Assembly: GCA_037138355.1 (NCBI GenBank)
Contig: JBAXIL010000004.1
Location: forward strand, 2,717 to 66,716
DNA length: 64,000 nucleotides
Reading direction: 5' to 3'
Source of the DNA: a bacterium
GTDB lineage: Bacteria > Oederibacteriota > PGYV01 > Palsa-1178
Shown: positions 1 to 8,826 of the stretch, in pieces
Numbering within the stretch: the stretch's first letter is position 1
Layout: every line of letters starts with the position of its first letter
Notes under the pieces: generated by a model
Databases searched by the model: none
What the model saw: only the letters and a program-made list of their open reading frames with translations
Told to the model about the DNA's origin: nothing
Program-made: the position numbers and the translations under genes

Positions 1-253
1 GCAATACTGCTTCATCAGCACCCATTCCTATAGCGATTCTAAGCATTTCTTTTGCCATTGGTGGCCCCATAGTAACTACTGTAACTGTTGAGCCAGCAAA
101 TTTTTCTTTAATTCTCAAACCCTCTTCTATGGCATACATATCAAAAGGATTCATTACTGTGCCAGCTGTTTCCCTTTTGAGCGTTCCTGTTTCTGGATCA
201 ACTTTGATATTAGTTGTATCCGGTACTTGCTTAATAAATACTACGATTTTCAT
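1..253 (-). CDS. etfB: Electron transfer flavoprotein beta subunit. Partial: the N-terminal 84 aa are present and the gene runs off the window start.
   Basis: Reverse-complement translation from the ATG at 253 gives MKIVVFIKQVPDTTNIKVDPETGTLKRETAGTVMNPFDMYAIEEGLRIKEKFAGSTVTVVTMGPP with no stop before the window edge. An AGGAGG SD lies 5 nt upstream. Confidence 0.85.
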   Translation of the reverse strand, partial: MKIVVFIKQVPDTTNIKVDPETGTLKRETAGTVMNPFDMYAIEEGLRIKEKFAGSTVTVVTMGPPMAKEMLRIAIGMGADEAVL

Positions 254-310
254 GTCTTCCTCCTAAAATTAGATATTAAGTTTAAAGTTTAAAGATAAAA
301 GCCAAAATCA

Positions 311-374
311 AAAAAAAATTCTAAAAAAAAATTTAGAGTTTCAAGTGTTAGTATTTGAAACTTGAAACTCTAAA
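311..374 (-). terminator. Intrinsic terminator or attenuator-like hairpin plus U-run between the acyl-CoA dehydrogenase gene and etfB
   Basis: Perfect 15-bp inverted repeat tttagagtttcaagt (332-346) / acttgaaactctaaa (360-374) with a 13-nt loop. On the minus strand it is followed by the run TTTTTTTTTAGAATTTTTTTT (plus 311-331). Confidence 0.5.
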
Positions 375-391
375 CTTAAAACTGTCTATAT

Positions 392-1564
392 TTATTTCTT
401 TTTTGCTGCAGCTTCTTTTATCATTTTTGCAGCAATTTCATTTAGCTGTATTTGACTTGTGCCTTCATATATCTGTGTTATTTTTGCGTCTCTCATCATT
501 TTTTCTACTGGATATTCTTTCATATAGCCGTAGCCACCAAAAATCTGAACAGCATTAGTAGTTACTCTCATAGCAACTTCTGAAGCATAGTATTTTGCCA
601 TTGCTGATTCTTTAGCAAAATCTACCGCTCCTGCATCAACATTTCTTGCTACCGCATAAATCAAAGCTCTTGCAGCTTCTACTTCTACTGCCATATTTGC
701 AAGTATATGCTGAACTGCCTGAAAGGATGATATTTTGACTCCGAACTGTTCTCTCTGTCTTGAATAAGCTAAGGCCTCATCAAGTGCGCCTGCTGCAATA
801 CCTAATGCCTGTGCAGCAACTCCTGGACGCGAATGATTAAGTGTTCCAACAGCGTGTATAAAACCCATTCCTTCTTTTCCGCCGAGCAGATTTTCTTCTG
901 GAACTTCGCAATCCTGGAAAATAAGCTCAGTGGTTGATGATGCTCTGATACCCATTTTATTTTCTTTTTTACCAAAAGTAAATCCAGGGGTTCCTTTTTC
1001 TACGATAAAGCATGAACAACCTCTGGTACCTTTTGCTTTATTAGTCATAGCAAACACAGTGTAGGTCTCGGCTTCTCCGCCGTTTGTAATCCACTGTTTT
1101 GTGCCATTTAATACATATTTATTTCCTTTTTTTACAGCAGTCGTTCTCATAGAACCTGCATCAGAACCAGCATCAGCTTCTGTCAAACCAAAAGCTGCAA
1201 GTTTTTTTCCAGATGCTATGTCAGGTAAATATTTTTTCTTTTGTTCTTCTGTTGCTCCAATCAGTATTGGAAATGTACCGAGTGCAGTTGCTGCCATAGC
1301 AAGCGAAATGCCTCCGCAAACTTTCGAAAGTTCTTCCACTGATAAAACAAGTCCCATTATACCAGTGTTGCCAGTTGCCATTCCGCCGTAAGCTTCAGGA
1401 ATATACAATCCGCAAAGTCCTAAATCTCCCATTTCTTTTACGATATCCCACGGAAATATACCTTCCGCGTCATAATGTTCCCTTACTGGTTTAATCTTTT
1501 TCTGTGCCAATTCGCGGCAAGTATCTACTATCATTTGTTCTTCGTCTGATAAAAAATAATTCAT
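392..1564 (-). CDS. Short-chain acyl-CoA (butyryl-CoA-type) dehydrogenase
   Basis: 390 aa. Matches the acyl-CoA dehydrogenase family over its full length, with the catalytic Glu in the C-terminal ...IYEGTSQIQ motif. An AGGAGGA SD is present. The start ATG overlaps the rnc stop (ATGA). Confidence 0.9.
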   Translation of the reverse strand: MNYFLSDEEQMIVDTCRELAQKKIKPVREHYDAEGIFPWDIVKEMGDLGLCGLYIPEAYGGMATGNTGIMGLVLSVEELSKVCGGISLAMAATALGTFPILIGATEEQKKKYLPDIASGKKLAAFGLTEADAGSDAGSMRTTAVKKGNKYVLNGTKQWITNGGEAETYTVFAMTNKAKGTRGCSCFIVEKGTPGFTFGKKENKMGIRASSTTELIFQDCEVPEENLLGGKEGMGFIHAVGTLNHSRPGVAAQALGIAAGALDEALAYSRQREQFGVKISSFQAVQHILANMAVEVEAARALIYAVARNVDAGAVDFAKESAMAKYYASEVAMRVTTNAVQIFGGYGYMKEYPVEKMMRDAKITQIYEGTSQIQLNEIAAKMIKEAAAKKK

Positions 1565-2226
1565 TTCTTTTCCTCCTTGAGTATTTTCTCAATTGCTTGC
1601 TGGGCCGCCATTTGTTCTGCCTCTTTAATAGTTTTTCCATGACCTGAACCGGCTAAGCTCGCTTGTAAAATCACATTCACATAAAACATTTTATTGTGTT
1701 CTTTTCCTTCAGTTCTTACAACTCTATACTCTGGTAATAATCCTGTCTCACCAAGTACTCTTATCTGTAGTTCGGATTTGTAGTCACCAAAATCTTTTCG
1801 GGACTTCACATCTTCAAAATCCAGCTTGAATATATCAAGAACAAATTTCCTTGCTTCAGCAAATCCTTTCAACAAATACACCGCACCAATTATCGATTCC
1901 ACCACATCGGATATTATCTTTTTGTTGTTCTCAACATCCTTTAGTTTCAGAGCCGAACCCAAATGCATGCGTGCTGCAATTCCGTTCAAAGATCCTATCT
2001 TAAATAAAACTTCTTTGCTTACTAAGTAACCCTTTAGCTTGGCTATGTCGCCGACATTAGTTCCCTTAACCTCACGGTATAGAAACTCACTGACCACTGC
2101 ACCCAGAATAGAATCACCTAAAAATTCTAAACGCTCATAATGGTCATGACTGACCGATTTGTGCGTGAAAGCATGCTTTATCTCTTTTGAGTTCAGTATC
2201 CTTTTTTTCTTAAGGTAAGAGAGTAT
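1561..2226 (-). CDS. rnc: Ribonuclease III. The true start is upstream of the GTG at 2097 used by the ORF track; a non-canonical AUA start at 2224-2226 is proposed.
   Basis: The RNase III catalytic signature HDHYERLEFLGDSILGAVVSEF is encoded in frame immediately upstream of the ORF-track start. The frame stays open up to the fabF stop at 2241-2243. It contains no ATG, GTG or TTG before the signature. AAGAGGG lies 4 nt before the ATA codon. A dsRBD is present at the C-terminus. Confidence 0.8.
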   Translation of the reverse strand: MLSYLKKKRILNSKEIKHAFTHKSVSHDHYERLEFLGDSILGAVVSEFLYREVKGTNVGDIAKLKGYLVSKEVLFKIGSLNGIAARMHLGSALKLKDVENNKKIISDVVESIIGAVYLLKGFAEARKFVLDIFKLDFEDVKSRKDFGDYKSELQIRVLGETGLLPEYRVVRTEGKEHNKMFYVNVILQASLAGSGHGKTIKEAEQMAAQQAIEKILKEEKK

Positions 2227-2240
2227 AAAACCCTCTTTGA

Positions 2241-3482
2241 CTACCTGAACTTCTTTATTATTATCGAGCCGTTGTGCCCGCCGAATCCGAAAGAGTTTGA
2301 TAATGCGTAGTTTACCTCAACTGCTCTTTTTGAATTAGGAACATAATCAAGATCACAGCCTTCGCCGCCCTCTTTGAAGTTCCTAGTTTGATGCACTACA
2401 TTATTAATACACGACATAGCGCAGACTATAGCTTCCACTGCCCCTGTGCCGCCTAACATGTGACCTGTCATAGATTTGGTTGAAGAAATTGGAATCTTAT
2501 ACGCTTGTTGTCCAAATAAAGTTCTTACAGCAAGCGATTCTGTTTTGTCATTAAGCTCAGTTGAAGTTCCATGAGCATTAATGTAATTAATATCATTTAA
2601 ACCCAAGCCTGCATCGGCAATCGCATTTTTCATAGAAAGGATTGCTCCTCCTCCATCTTCTGAAGGTGCTACCATGTGGAAAGCGTCGTCGGACGCGCCA
2701 TATCCAGCGTACTCGGCGATGATTTTCGCACCTCTTGCTTGAGCATATTCAAGTGATTCCAAAACCATTACACCAGCTCCATCTGCCATAACAAATCCAT
2801 CTCTGTCCTTGTCAAAAGGTCTTGACGCATGCGATGGATCGTCATTTCTCGTGGACAAACTTCTCGCTGCCTGAAAACCAGCAAGTCCTAAAGGAGTAAT
2901 CGCGCCTTCTGTTCCACCGCAAATGCAAACATCTGCATCTCCGCGTTGAATCATTTTTGCGCCTTCTCCTATAGAGTGGGTACCTGTTGCACAAGCAGTT
3001 ACTATACACATATTTGGTCCTCTGAATTTATACTTCATTGAAACAAAAGCAGAAGCCATATTTGGTATAAGCATAGCAATAAGGAAAGGAGAAATTTTGC
3101 TTGGGCCTTTGGCCTGCAATACTCTCAACTGTTCCTCTGTTACAGAAATACCGCCGATACCTGAACCTACCAGCACCGACACTCTATCTTTATTAAGTCC
3201 AGCAAAATCTAATATGCCAGACTGTTCGATAGCTTCTTTTGCCGCTTTCAAACCAAACTGAATGTAAAGTGGAGTGCGTCTAATTTCTTTTTTATCCATT
3301 ACTTCAGTTGGATCAAAATTTCTAATTTCTCCAGCTATGCGTGTTGTAAACTCTGTTGTATCAAAATAGGTAATTGGCCCTATGCCATTTTTACCTTCGA
3401 GCAATGCCTCCCAAGTGTCTTTTACATTATTTCCCACTGGAGTAATAGCACCCATACCTGTAATTACTATTCTTGGCTTCAT
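2241..3482 (-). CDS. fabF: 3-oxoacyl-ACP synthase II
   Basis: 413 aa. KAS II family with active-site Cys (ACATG) and the HGTST and GHxxGAAG-like motifs. Confidence 0.93.
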   Translation of the reverse strand: MKPRIVITGMGAITPVGNNVKDTWEALLEGKNGIGPITYFDTTEFTTRIAGEIRNFDPTEVMDKKEIRRTPLYIQFGLKAAKEAIEQSGILDFAGLNKDRVSVLVGSGIGGISVTEEQLRVLQAKGPSKISPFLIAMLIPNMASAFVSMKYKFRGPNMCIVTACATGTHSIGEGAKMIQRGDADVCICGGTEGAITPLGLAGFQAARSLSTRNDDPSHASRPFDKDRDGFVMADGAGVMVLESLEYAQARGAKIIAEYAGYGASDDAFHMVAPSEDGGGAILSMKNAIADAGLGLNDINYINAHGTSTELNDKTESLAVRTLFGQQAYKIPISSTKSMTGHMLGGTGAVEAIVCAMSCINNVVHQTRNFKEGGEGCDLDYVPNSKRAVEVNYALSNSFGFGGHNGSIIIKKFR

Positions 3483-3515
3483 GCTAAACCTCTGATTTGT
3501 AATTTTGTCAAAGCG

Positions 3516-3758
3516 CTATTTGATTTTCGACTTACAAAATTCTATAGTGTCTCCAACAGTTTTAATCTTTTCTGCATCTTCATCAGCAATCTCAAGGCCG
3601 AATTCTTCTTCAAGAGCCATTACGAGCTCAACTGTGTCTAATGAATCCGCACCAAGATCATCTATGAATGAAGCTTCTGGTTTTACTTCTGAAGGATCTA
3701 CTCCCAATTGTGCTACTACTACATCTTTTACTCTTTCTTCTACTGTCTTGTCTGCCAT
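3516..3758 (-). CDS. acpP: Acyl carrier protein
   Basis: 80 aa. Carries the DSL phosphopantetheine attachment motif ([18 protein letters not shown]). Confidence 0.95.
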   Translation of the reverse strand: MADKTVEERVKDVVVAQLGVDPSEVKPEASFIDDLGADSLDTVELVMALEEEFGLEIADEDAEKIKTVGDTIEFCKSKIK

Positions 3759-3940
3759 GTTAAAAACCTCCTGGTTTTTGGTCTTGCTTTTTTTTGTTTC
3801 ATTTTTTATTTCTCAGCGTAAGACGCTGTTTGTTTAGAACTAAAGACAATCTCATTAATCTCATAAGTCTCAGAAATCTCAATAGCCAAAAAAGCGCGCT
3901 TTGCGCTTGTCTTAGCTACGATCTTGCGATACCACTCGTC

Positions 3941-4684
3941 CTACATAGCCATGCCGCCGTCGACTCTGATAGTTTCGCCAGTTACATAGTTTGACATATC
4001 AGATGCCAAGAACAATGCTATATTTGCCACATCCTGCGGTGTTCCCATGGTTCCAGTCGGGATAAACGCAAGCATTTTTGCCTTAACTTCTTCCGTTAAT
4101 TTATCAGTCATTGCTGACTGTATATAACCTGGACAAATAGCATTAACGCGTACATTTCTACGCGCAAGCTCTTTGGCTACGCTCTTAGTTATACCAATTA
4201 CACCAGCTTTCGTAGCTGCATAATTGGTCTGCCCAGCATTGCCCATAAGTCCTATTACAGAAGATATGTTTATGATAGAACCTATCCTCTGTTTCATCAT
4301 TACTTTACCTACTTTTTGCGTAAAGTTAAAAGTTCCCTTTAAATTAATAGCAATAACCAAATCCCATTCCTGCTCTGTCATTCTAACTAACAGGTTATCT
4401 CTGGTTACGCCCGCGTTGTTGACAAGTATATCAATTTTCTTGAACCTGTCAACTATTTTGTCCACCACGGCTTCTACTTCTGCGGTATTTGAGACATCCG
4501 CTTTATAGGCCTCAGCATCGACTCCAAGTTTCTTTATATTTTCAACTGTTGCCTGTGCTTTTTCAAGGTTAACATCAATAACTGCGATACTTGAACCTTC
4601 TTTTGCCAGCGTCATAGATATAGCCTCACCAATTCCCTGTGCTCCACCTGTAACTACTGCCACTCTATTAGTCAATAATGCCAT
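3941..4684 (-). CDS. fabG: 3-oxoacyl-ACP reductase
   Basis: 247 aa SDR. TGGAQGIG Rossmann motif and YxxxK catalytic motif. Confidence 0.9.
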   Translation of the reverse strand: MALLTNRVAVVTGGAQGIGEAISMTLAKEGSSIAVIDVNLEKAQATVENIKKLGVDAEAYKADVSNTAEVEAVVDKIVDRFKKIDILVNNAGVTRDNLLVRMTEQEWDLVIAINLKGTFNFTQKVGKVMMKQRIGSIINISSVIGLMGNAGQTNYAATKAGVIGITKSVAKELARRNVRVNAICPGYIQSAMTDKLTEEVKAKMLAFIPTGTMGTPQDVANIALFLASDMSNYVTGETIRVDGGMAM

Positions 4685-4717
4685 TTAAAACCTCCTAATG
4701 CTTATTTTTAATTTAAA

Positions 4718-5653
4718 CTAAATTGCCAGTTTTTCAATATCTGAAACTTTATCAATGTTAAATACTTTAAAATTTTTATCAACCTTTTTTATAAGTCCTG
4801 ATAAAACCGAACCTGGTCCAATTTCCACAAAAGTATCAACACCTTTTGACTTCATATATTCAATACTTTCAACCCAACGCACCGAACCAGTAATCTGATT
4901 TATTAAAGCATTTTTAATATCAGTTGCTGTTTTTACTTCTGTTGCAAGGAAATTTGAAACCACTGGTATCTTTGCATCCATTATTCCAAATGTATCTATG
5001 TCTGCCTTTAAACCCTCTGCAGCTGAGAGCATATGTCTTGAATGAAAAGCACCGGCTACGGAAAGCTTTATATATCTTTTCGCGCCAAGTTCTTTAGCAA
5101 TTGCTTCTCCTGCATCTATTGCCGAAGCGTCTCCTGAAACCACAACCTGTCCTAATGAATTAAAATTTGCTGGAGCAATATATCCAACCACTGCAGCTTT
5201 AGCACAGAGCTCTTTTATTTTTGTATCATCTAAGCCAAGCACAGCAGCCATAGAACCTTTATTATTAAGTGAAGCTTCCTGCATAAGAGCGCCTCTGCGA
5301 CTAACAAGCTTAATACCATTCTCAAAAGAAAATGCTCCCGCAGCATATAAGGCACTGTATTCGCCAAGACTATGACCAGCCGTAAAAGCCACTCTTCCTG
5401 CAAATCTATCTTTTAACATTTCATATATAGCACAACTCATAGTAAAAATAGCTGGCTGCGTATAATCAGTTTTTTTTAATTCTTCTTCTGGTCCTAAAAA
5501 CATAACATCTTTTAATTTTAAAGGAAGCTTACTTCTAAGAGCTGCTTCTGCCATAGCAAAAATAGCATTTGCTCTTTCATTTCCTTCACAGAAATCAAAG
5601 CCCATTCCTACATACTGTGCGCCCTGACCTGGAAATACTAACGCTAAAGACAT
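4718..5653 (-). CDS. fabD: Malonyl CoA-ACP transacylase
   Basis: FPGQGAQ and GHSLGE motifs. Start chosen at MSLALVFPGQG, which has a GGAGGA SD 5 nt upstream. The upstream in-frame ATG at 5674 lacks an SD. Confidence 0.9.
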   Translation of the reverse strand: MSLALVFPGQGAQYVGMGFDFCEGNERANAIFAMAEAALRSKLPLKLKDVMFLGPEEELKKTDYTQPAIFTMSCAIYEMLKDRFAGRVAFTAGHSLGEYSALYAAGAFSFENGIKLVSRRGALMQEASLNNKGSMAAVLGLDDTKIKELCAKAAVVGYIAPANFNSLGQVVVSGDASAIDAGEAIAKELGAKRYIKLSVAGAFHSRHMLSAAEGLKADIDTFGIMDAKIPVVSNFLATEVKTATDIKNALINQITGSVRWVESIEYMKSKGVDTFVEIGPGSVLSGLIKKVDKNFKVFNIDKVSDIEKLAI

Positions 5654-5759
5654 TTCTTCCTCCAAAAGTTTCAAGTTTTAAATTTAAAGTTTAAAGTTAC
5701 AAACTTCAAGTTTTAAGTTGTTACTTAAAACTTAAAACTCCAAACTGCCTTCATCTGCC
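5654..5759 (-). repeat. Intercistronic AT-rich hairpin element between fabH and fabD, related to the element at 254-391
   Basis: Nested inverted repeats (gttttaagt tgtt acttaaaac; agtttcaagttttaa ... ttaaaacttaaaact). Shares the tttaaagtttaaag, agtttcaagt and aaacttaaaact motifs with the acd-etfB intercistronic region. Confidence 0.5.
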
Positions 5760-6740
5760 CTATACCTTTACTACCGCTCCGCCCCAAGTTAAACCGCCAC
5801 CAAATGCTGAGAAAGCCACAATGTGACCTTTTTTTATTTTACCTGCTTCGTATGCTTCCGCAAATGCAATAGGGATAGTTGCAGCAGAGGTATTACCAAA
5901 GCGCTGAATATTTACTATATTTTTTTCTTCAGGAATATTGAATTTCTTTGCTATATACTGAATTATTCTTATATTTGCCTGATGAAATATTGTGAAGTCC
6001 ACCTGTTCCGGTGTAACGCCTGCTATCTGCATGGCCTTATCAAGCGCAAGCGGCATTTTTTCAACAGCATTAACATATATTTCTTTACCATTCATATGCA
6101 TAAAATTAAGTTTTTTATCAAGAACTTCTTGCGAGAGTGGATGAACTGAACCGCCACCTGGCTGATATAAATATTCAGGATTGGATCCGTCAGCGCTTAT
6201 GTAGGTTGACATTATCTCACTCGTTTCGCTGGCACCTATAATCATAGCTCCAGCACCATCTCCCATAAGTACACATGTGTTTCTATCTGTCCAATCAAGA
6301 TATGTAGAAAACTTTTCTGCTGCAATCAATAAAACTTTTTTGTAAAGACCTGACTCAACCATGCTGCGTGCAACTGTCAAGGCATATATAAATCCAGAGC
6401 AAGCTGCAGACACATCAAAAGCAGGAATATCTTTTAATCCCAACTTACTTGCTGCCATGCATGCAGTAGCAGGCCAAGCAAAATCAGGACAAATAGTTGC
6501 CAACACCACAAGTTCTATTTCTTCTTTTTTAATTCCAGCACTTATAATTGCTCTCTCTGCTGCTTTCACAGCCATATCAGAAGTACATTCACCTTCAGCA
6601 GCGATTCTTCTTTCCTCTATACCTGTTCTTGTTCTTATCCACTCATCTGAAGTGTCAACAATTTTTTCTATGTCTGCATTAGTCATTATTTTTTCTGGCA
6701 AATAATATCCGCAGCCCAATATACCGGCTTTAATTTTCAA
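5760..6740 (-). CDS. fabH: 3-oxoacyl-ACP synthase III
   Basis: 326 aa. KAS III family with a Cys-His-Asn triad context. Confidence 0.92.
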   Translation of the reverse strand: MKIKAGILGCGYYLPEKIMTNADIEKIVDTSDEWIRTRTGIEERRIAAEGECTSDMAVKAAERAIISAGIKKEEIELVVLATICPDFAWPATACMAASKLGLKDIPAFDVSAACSGFIYALTVARSMVESGLYKKVLLIAAEKFSTYLDWTDRNTCVLMGDGAGAMIIGASETSEIMSTYISADGSNPEYLYQPGGGSVHPLSQEVLDKKLNFMHMNGKEIYVNAVEKMPLALDKAMQIAGVTPEQVDFTIFHQANIRIIQYIAKKFNIPEEKNIVNIQRFGNTSAATIPIAFAEAYEAGKIKKGHIVAFSAFGGGLTWGGAVVKV

Positions 6741-7749
6741 TGTTACCTCCGAGCTTTTTTATATTCTCTTCAATCTCTTCATTAATATGATCCTTAATAA
6801 ACTCTGCTGCCACGCGAACTGCATTTTTTATCGCTTTCACATTCGCTCTACCATGAGTTATGATAACTGGTTTTTTAATACCTACTAATGGCGCTCCACC
6901 GTACTCATCATAACTGAACTTTTTCTTCATTTCTCTAAACACTGGTTTTAATAACAGGCCTCCTATTTTAGCAAGGAACCCACCATTATTAATTCCATTT
7001 CTAATACCGTTAAATAGATACTCTGAAAGACCTTCTCCAAATTTCAATATTACATTTCCTACAAATCCATCACACACCACAACATCAGTTACTGCTTTTA
7101 CTAAATCCTTACCTTCTACATGTCCTTTATAATTTAGACCTGAAAGTTTAAAAAGTTCATTAGCTCCTATTGTAAGTTCATTTCCTTTTTCTTCTTCTTC
7201 TCCAACTGAAACCATACCTACAGAAGGATTCTCTATTTTTAAAATATGCTTTGCATACAAAACACCCATAACGGCAAATTGTACCAAATGAAGTGGTTTA
7301 CAATCAACATTGCCACCTGCATCAAGCATGGCTCCGAAACCTTTTGAGTTTGGCATAGGGATTAATATGGCTGGTCTGGCAATTCCTGGGATTCTTCCTA
7401 TTATAAGAAGTGCGTGCACAACTACAGCGCCAGTATTACCAGCGGAAACAAGTGCATCCGCCTTACCTTCTTTTACTAACATAGCAGACACATATAAAGA
7501 AGAGTTCTTTTTTTGTTTAAAAGCTTCTGCAGGATGATCAGACATAGATACAACTTCGTCAGCGTTTACTACTTCTATGCGCTTGCGAAGTTCTTCGCTG
7601 GCTTTGTTCTTTAGTATGCCATCAATAACATCTTTTTTACCGACAAGAACAACTGTTATGTCTTTAAATTCTTTTACAGCCTCTATGGCTCCGTCAATTT
7701 CCACACCTGGGGCATTATCTCCGCCCATAGCGTCAATAACGATTCTCAT
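6730..7749 (-). CDS. plsX: Phosphate acyltransferase PlsX
   Basis: 339 aa. PlsX family N-terminus MRIVIDAMGGDNAP. Confidence 0.92.
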   Translation of the reverse strand: MRIVIDAMGGDNAPGVEIDGAIEAVKEFKDITVVLVGKKDVIDGILKNKASEELRKRIEVVNADEVVSMSDHPAEAFKQKKNSSLYVSAMLVKEGKADALVSAGNTGAVVVHALLIIGRIPGIARPAILIPMPNSKGFGAMLDAGGNVDCKPLHLVQFAVMGVLYAKHILKIENPSVGMVSVGEEEEKGNELTIGANELFKLSGLNYKGHVEGKDLVKAVTDVVVCDGFVGNVILKFGEGLSEYLFNGIRNGINNGGFLAKIGGLLLKPVFREMKKKFSYDEYGGAPLVGIKKPVIITHGRANVKAIKNAVRVAAEFIKDHINEEIEENIKKLGGNIEN

Positions 7750-7785
7750 AAAGACCTCCTATTAACAAAAATCAAAGTCCTTACC

Positions 7786-7974
7786 TTAGTCCTTAGAAAG
7801 ATTAAGAACATCTTTACCAGCATAATGTCCGCAATTACCACAAACTTTGTGTGGCAATTTTTTCATGTGACAATTTGGACACTCTATCAAGTTTAAGCTC
7901 TGTTTAATTCTCTGGTTTGCTGCCCTTCTACTTCTCGATTTTGCTTTTGACGGTTTTCTTGTTACATTTGCCAC
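7786..7974 (-). CDS. rpmF: 50S ribosomal protein L32
   Basis: 62 aa, with KSRSRR and CxxC...CxxC zinc ribbon. Sits in the conserved yceD-rpmF-plsX context. Confidence 0.93.
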   Translation of the reverse strand: MANVTRKPSKAKSRSRRAANQRIKQSLNLIECPNCHMKKLPHKVCGNCGHYAGKDVLNLSKD

Positions 7975-7991
7975 TGTATTACCTCCCTAAT

Positions 7992-8495
7992 TTATAAGTC
8001 AAGACCTGAAAAAGGCTTGAATGTTTCTTCTTTTTTAATGGTTTTATCACAACTACACTTTTCAATGTTTTGATTCTTACCACAGACTGGACACATTCCT
8101 AAGCATGTCTCTTTACACAGCGGCTTTAAGGGGAGTTCCAGAAGCAATGTCTCTTTCAAACATTCATATAAATCAATACTATACCTGTCATAGGATAAAA
8201 CATCATTTTCTTCATCATCTGGTGTCATTGAATCTTTTTCCTTAAAAATAGTGACGAACTGTGTGTCAACAACCTTACTAAATGTCTCAAGACATCTTCC
8301 ACAGTTCATGGTAATAGTTCCGCTGATATGACCTTCCACAACAACCGAATTATCATCATCTTTTGTCAGGGTTAAGTTGATAGACATCCCGTCTTCAAAT
8401 ACCAGCCCTTCAAATGTAACATCACTCTTTTTGAGTTCATAAGAGAACTCTTCCATGTCCTCAAATGACCCTAAATTAATTTTAAACATTTTCAA
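7992..8495 (-). CDS. yceD: DUF177 / YceD-family protein (large ribosomal subunit accumulation)
   Basis: 167 aa with C-terminal Cys cluster CxxC...CxxC. Conserved position upstream of rpmF. Confidence 0.8.
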   Translation of the reverse strand: MKMFKINLGSFEDMEEFSYELKKSDVTFEGLVFEDGMSINLTLTKDDDNSVVVEGHISGTITMNCGRCLETFSKVVDTQFVTIFKEKDSMTPDDEENDVLSYDRYSIDLYECLKETLLLELPLKPLCKETCLGMCPVCGKNQNIEKCSCDKTIKKEETFKPFSGLDL

Positions 8496-8826
8496 ATAAC
8501 CTCTGCTCTTTAATAAAATAGGTTTAAATTATACAAAAGCTCTCCCACCATGTCAACCCTAATCGTCATAGTAATATCATACAATTTCACATTGTAAAAC
8601 TCCATATTATTGGCAAGAATACCCAAAATACTTTCACATGGTGGAACAAATTGATAATGATACAATTCTAAATTATTACAGCATTGCCATCTTAAAAAAC
8701 TTTACAAATATGCCTACTTGGGAAAAACCTTTATACAAGTCACCAAATTAAAAATAATGAAAATTCAAGAAACTACATTTAGGCTTGTTATTAAGGCACT
8801 ATAGTATTACAATATCAAAAATCATT

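Noticed and set aside
355-558. 67-aa plus-strand ORF across the acd 3' end
   Set aside because: Overlaps the acyl-CoA dehydrogenase gene and the intercistronic hairpin. No support.
8785-8826. Longer upstream starts given by the ORF track for the MATE, lpxC (21677), bamA (25582), carB (33168), pyrB (36654), fabD (5674) and GT-C (42234) genes
   Set aside because: In each case the family-typical N-terminus and an SD support an internal start. The extensions are read-through of the upstream gene's 3' end or the SD region.
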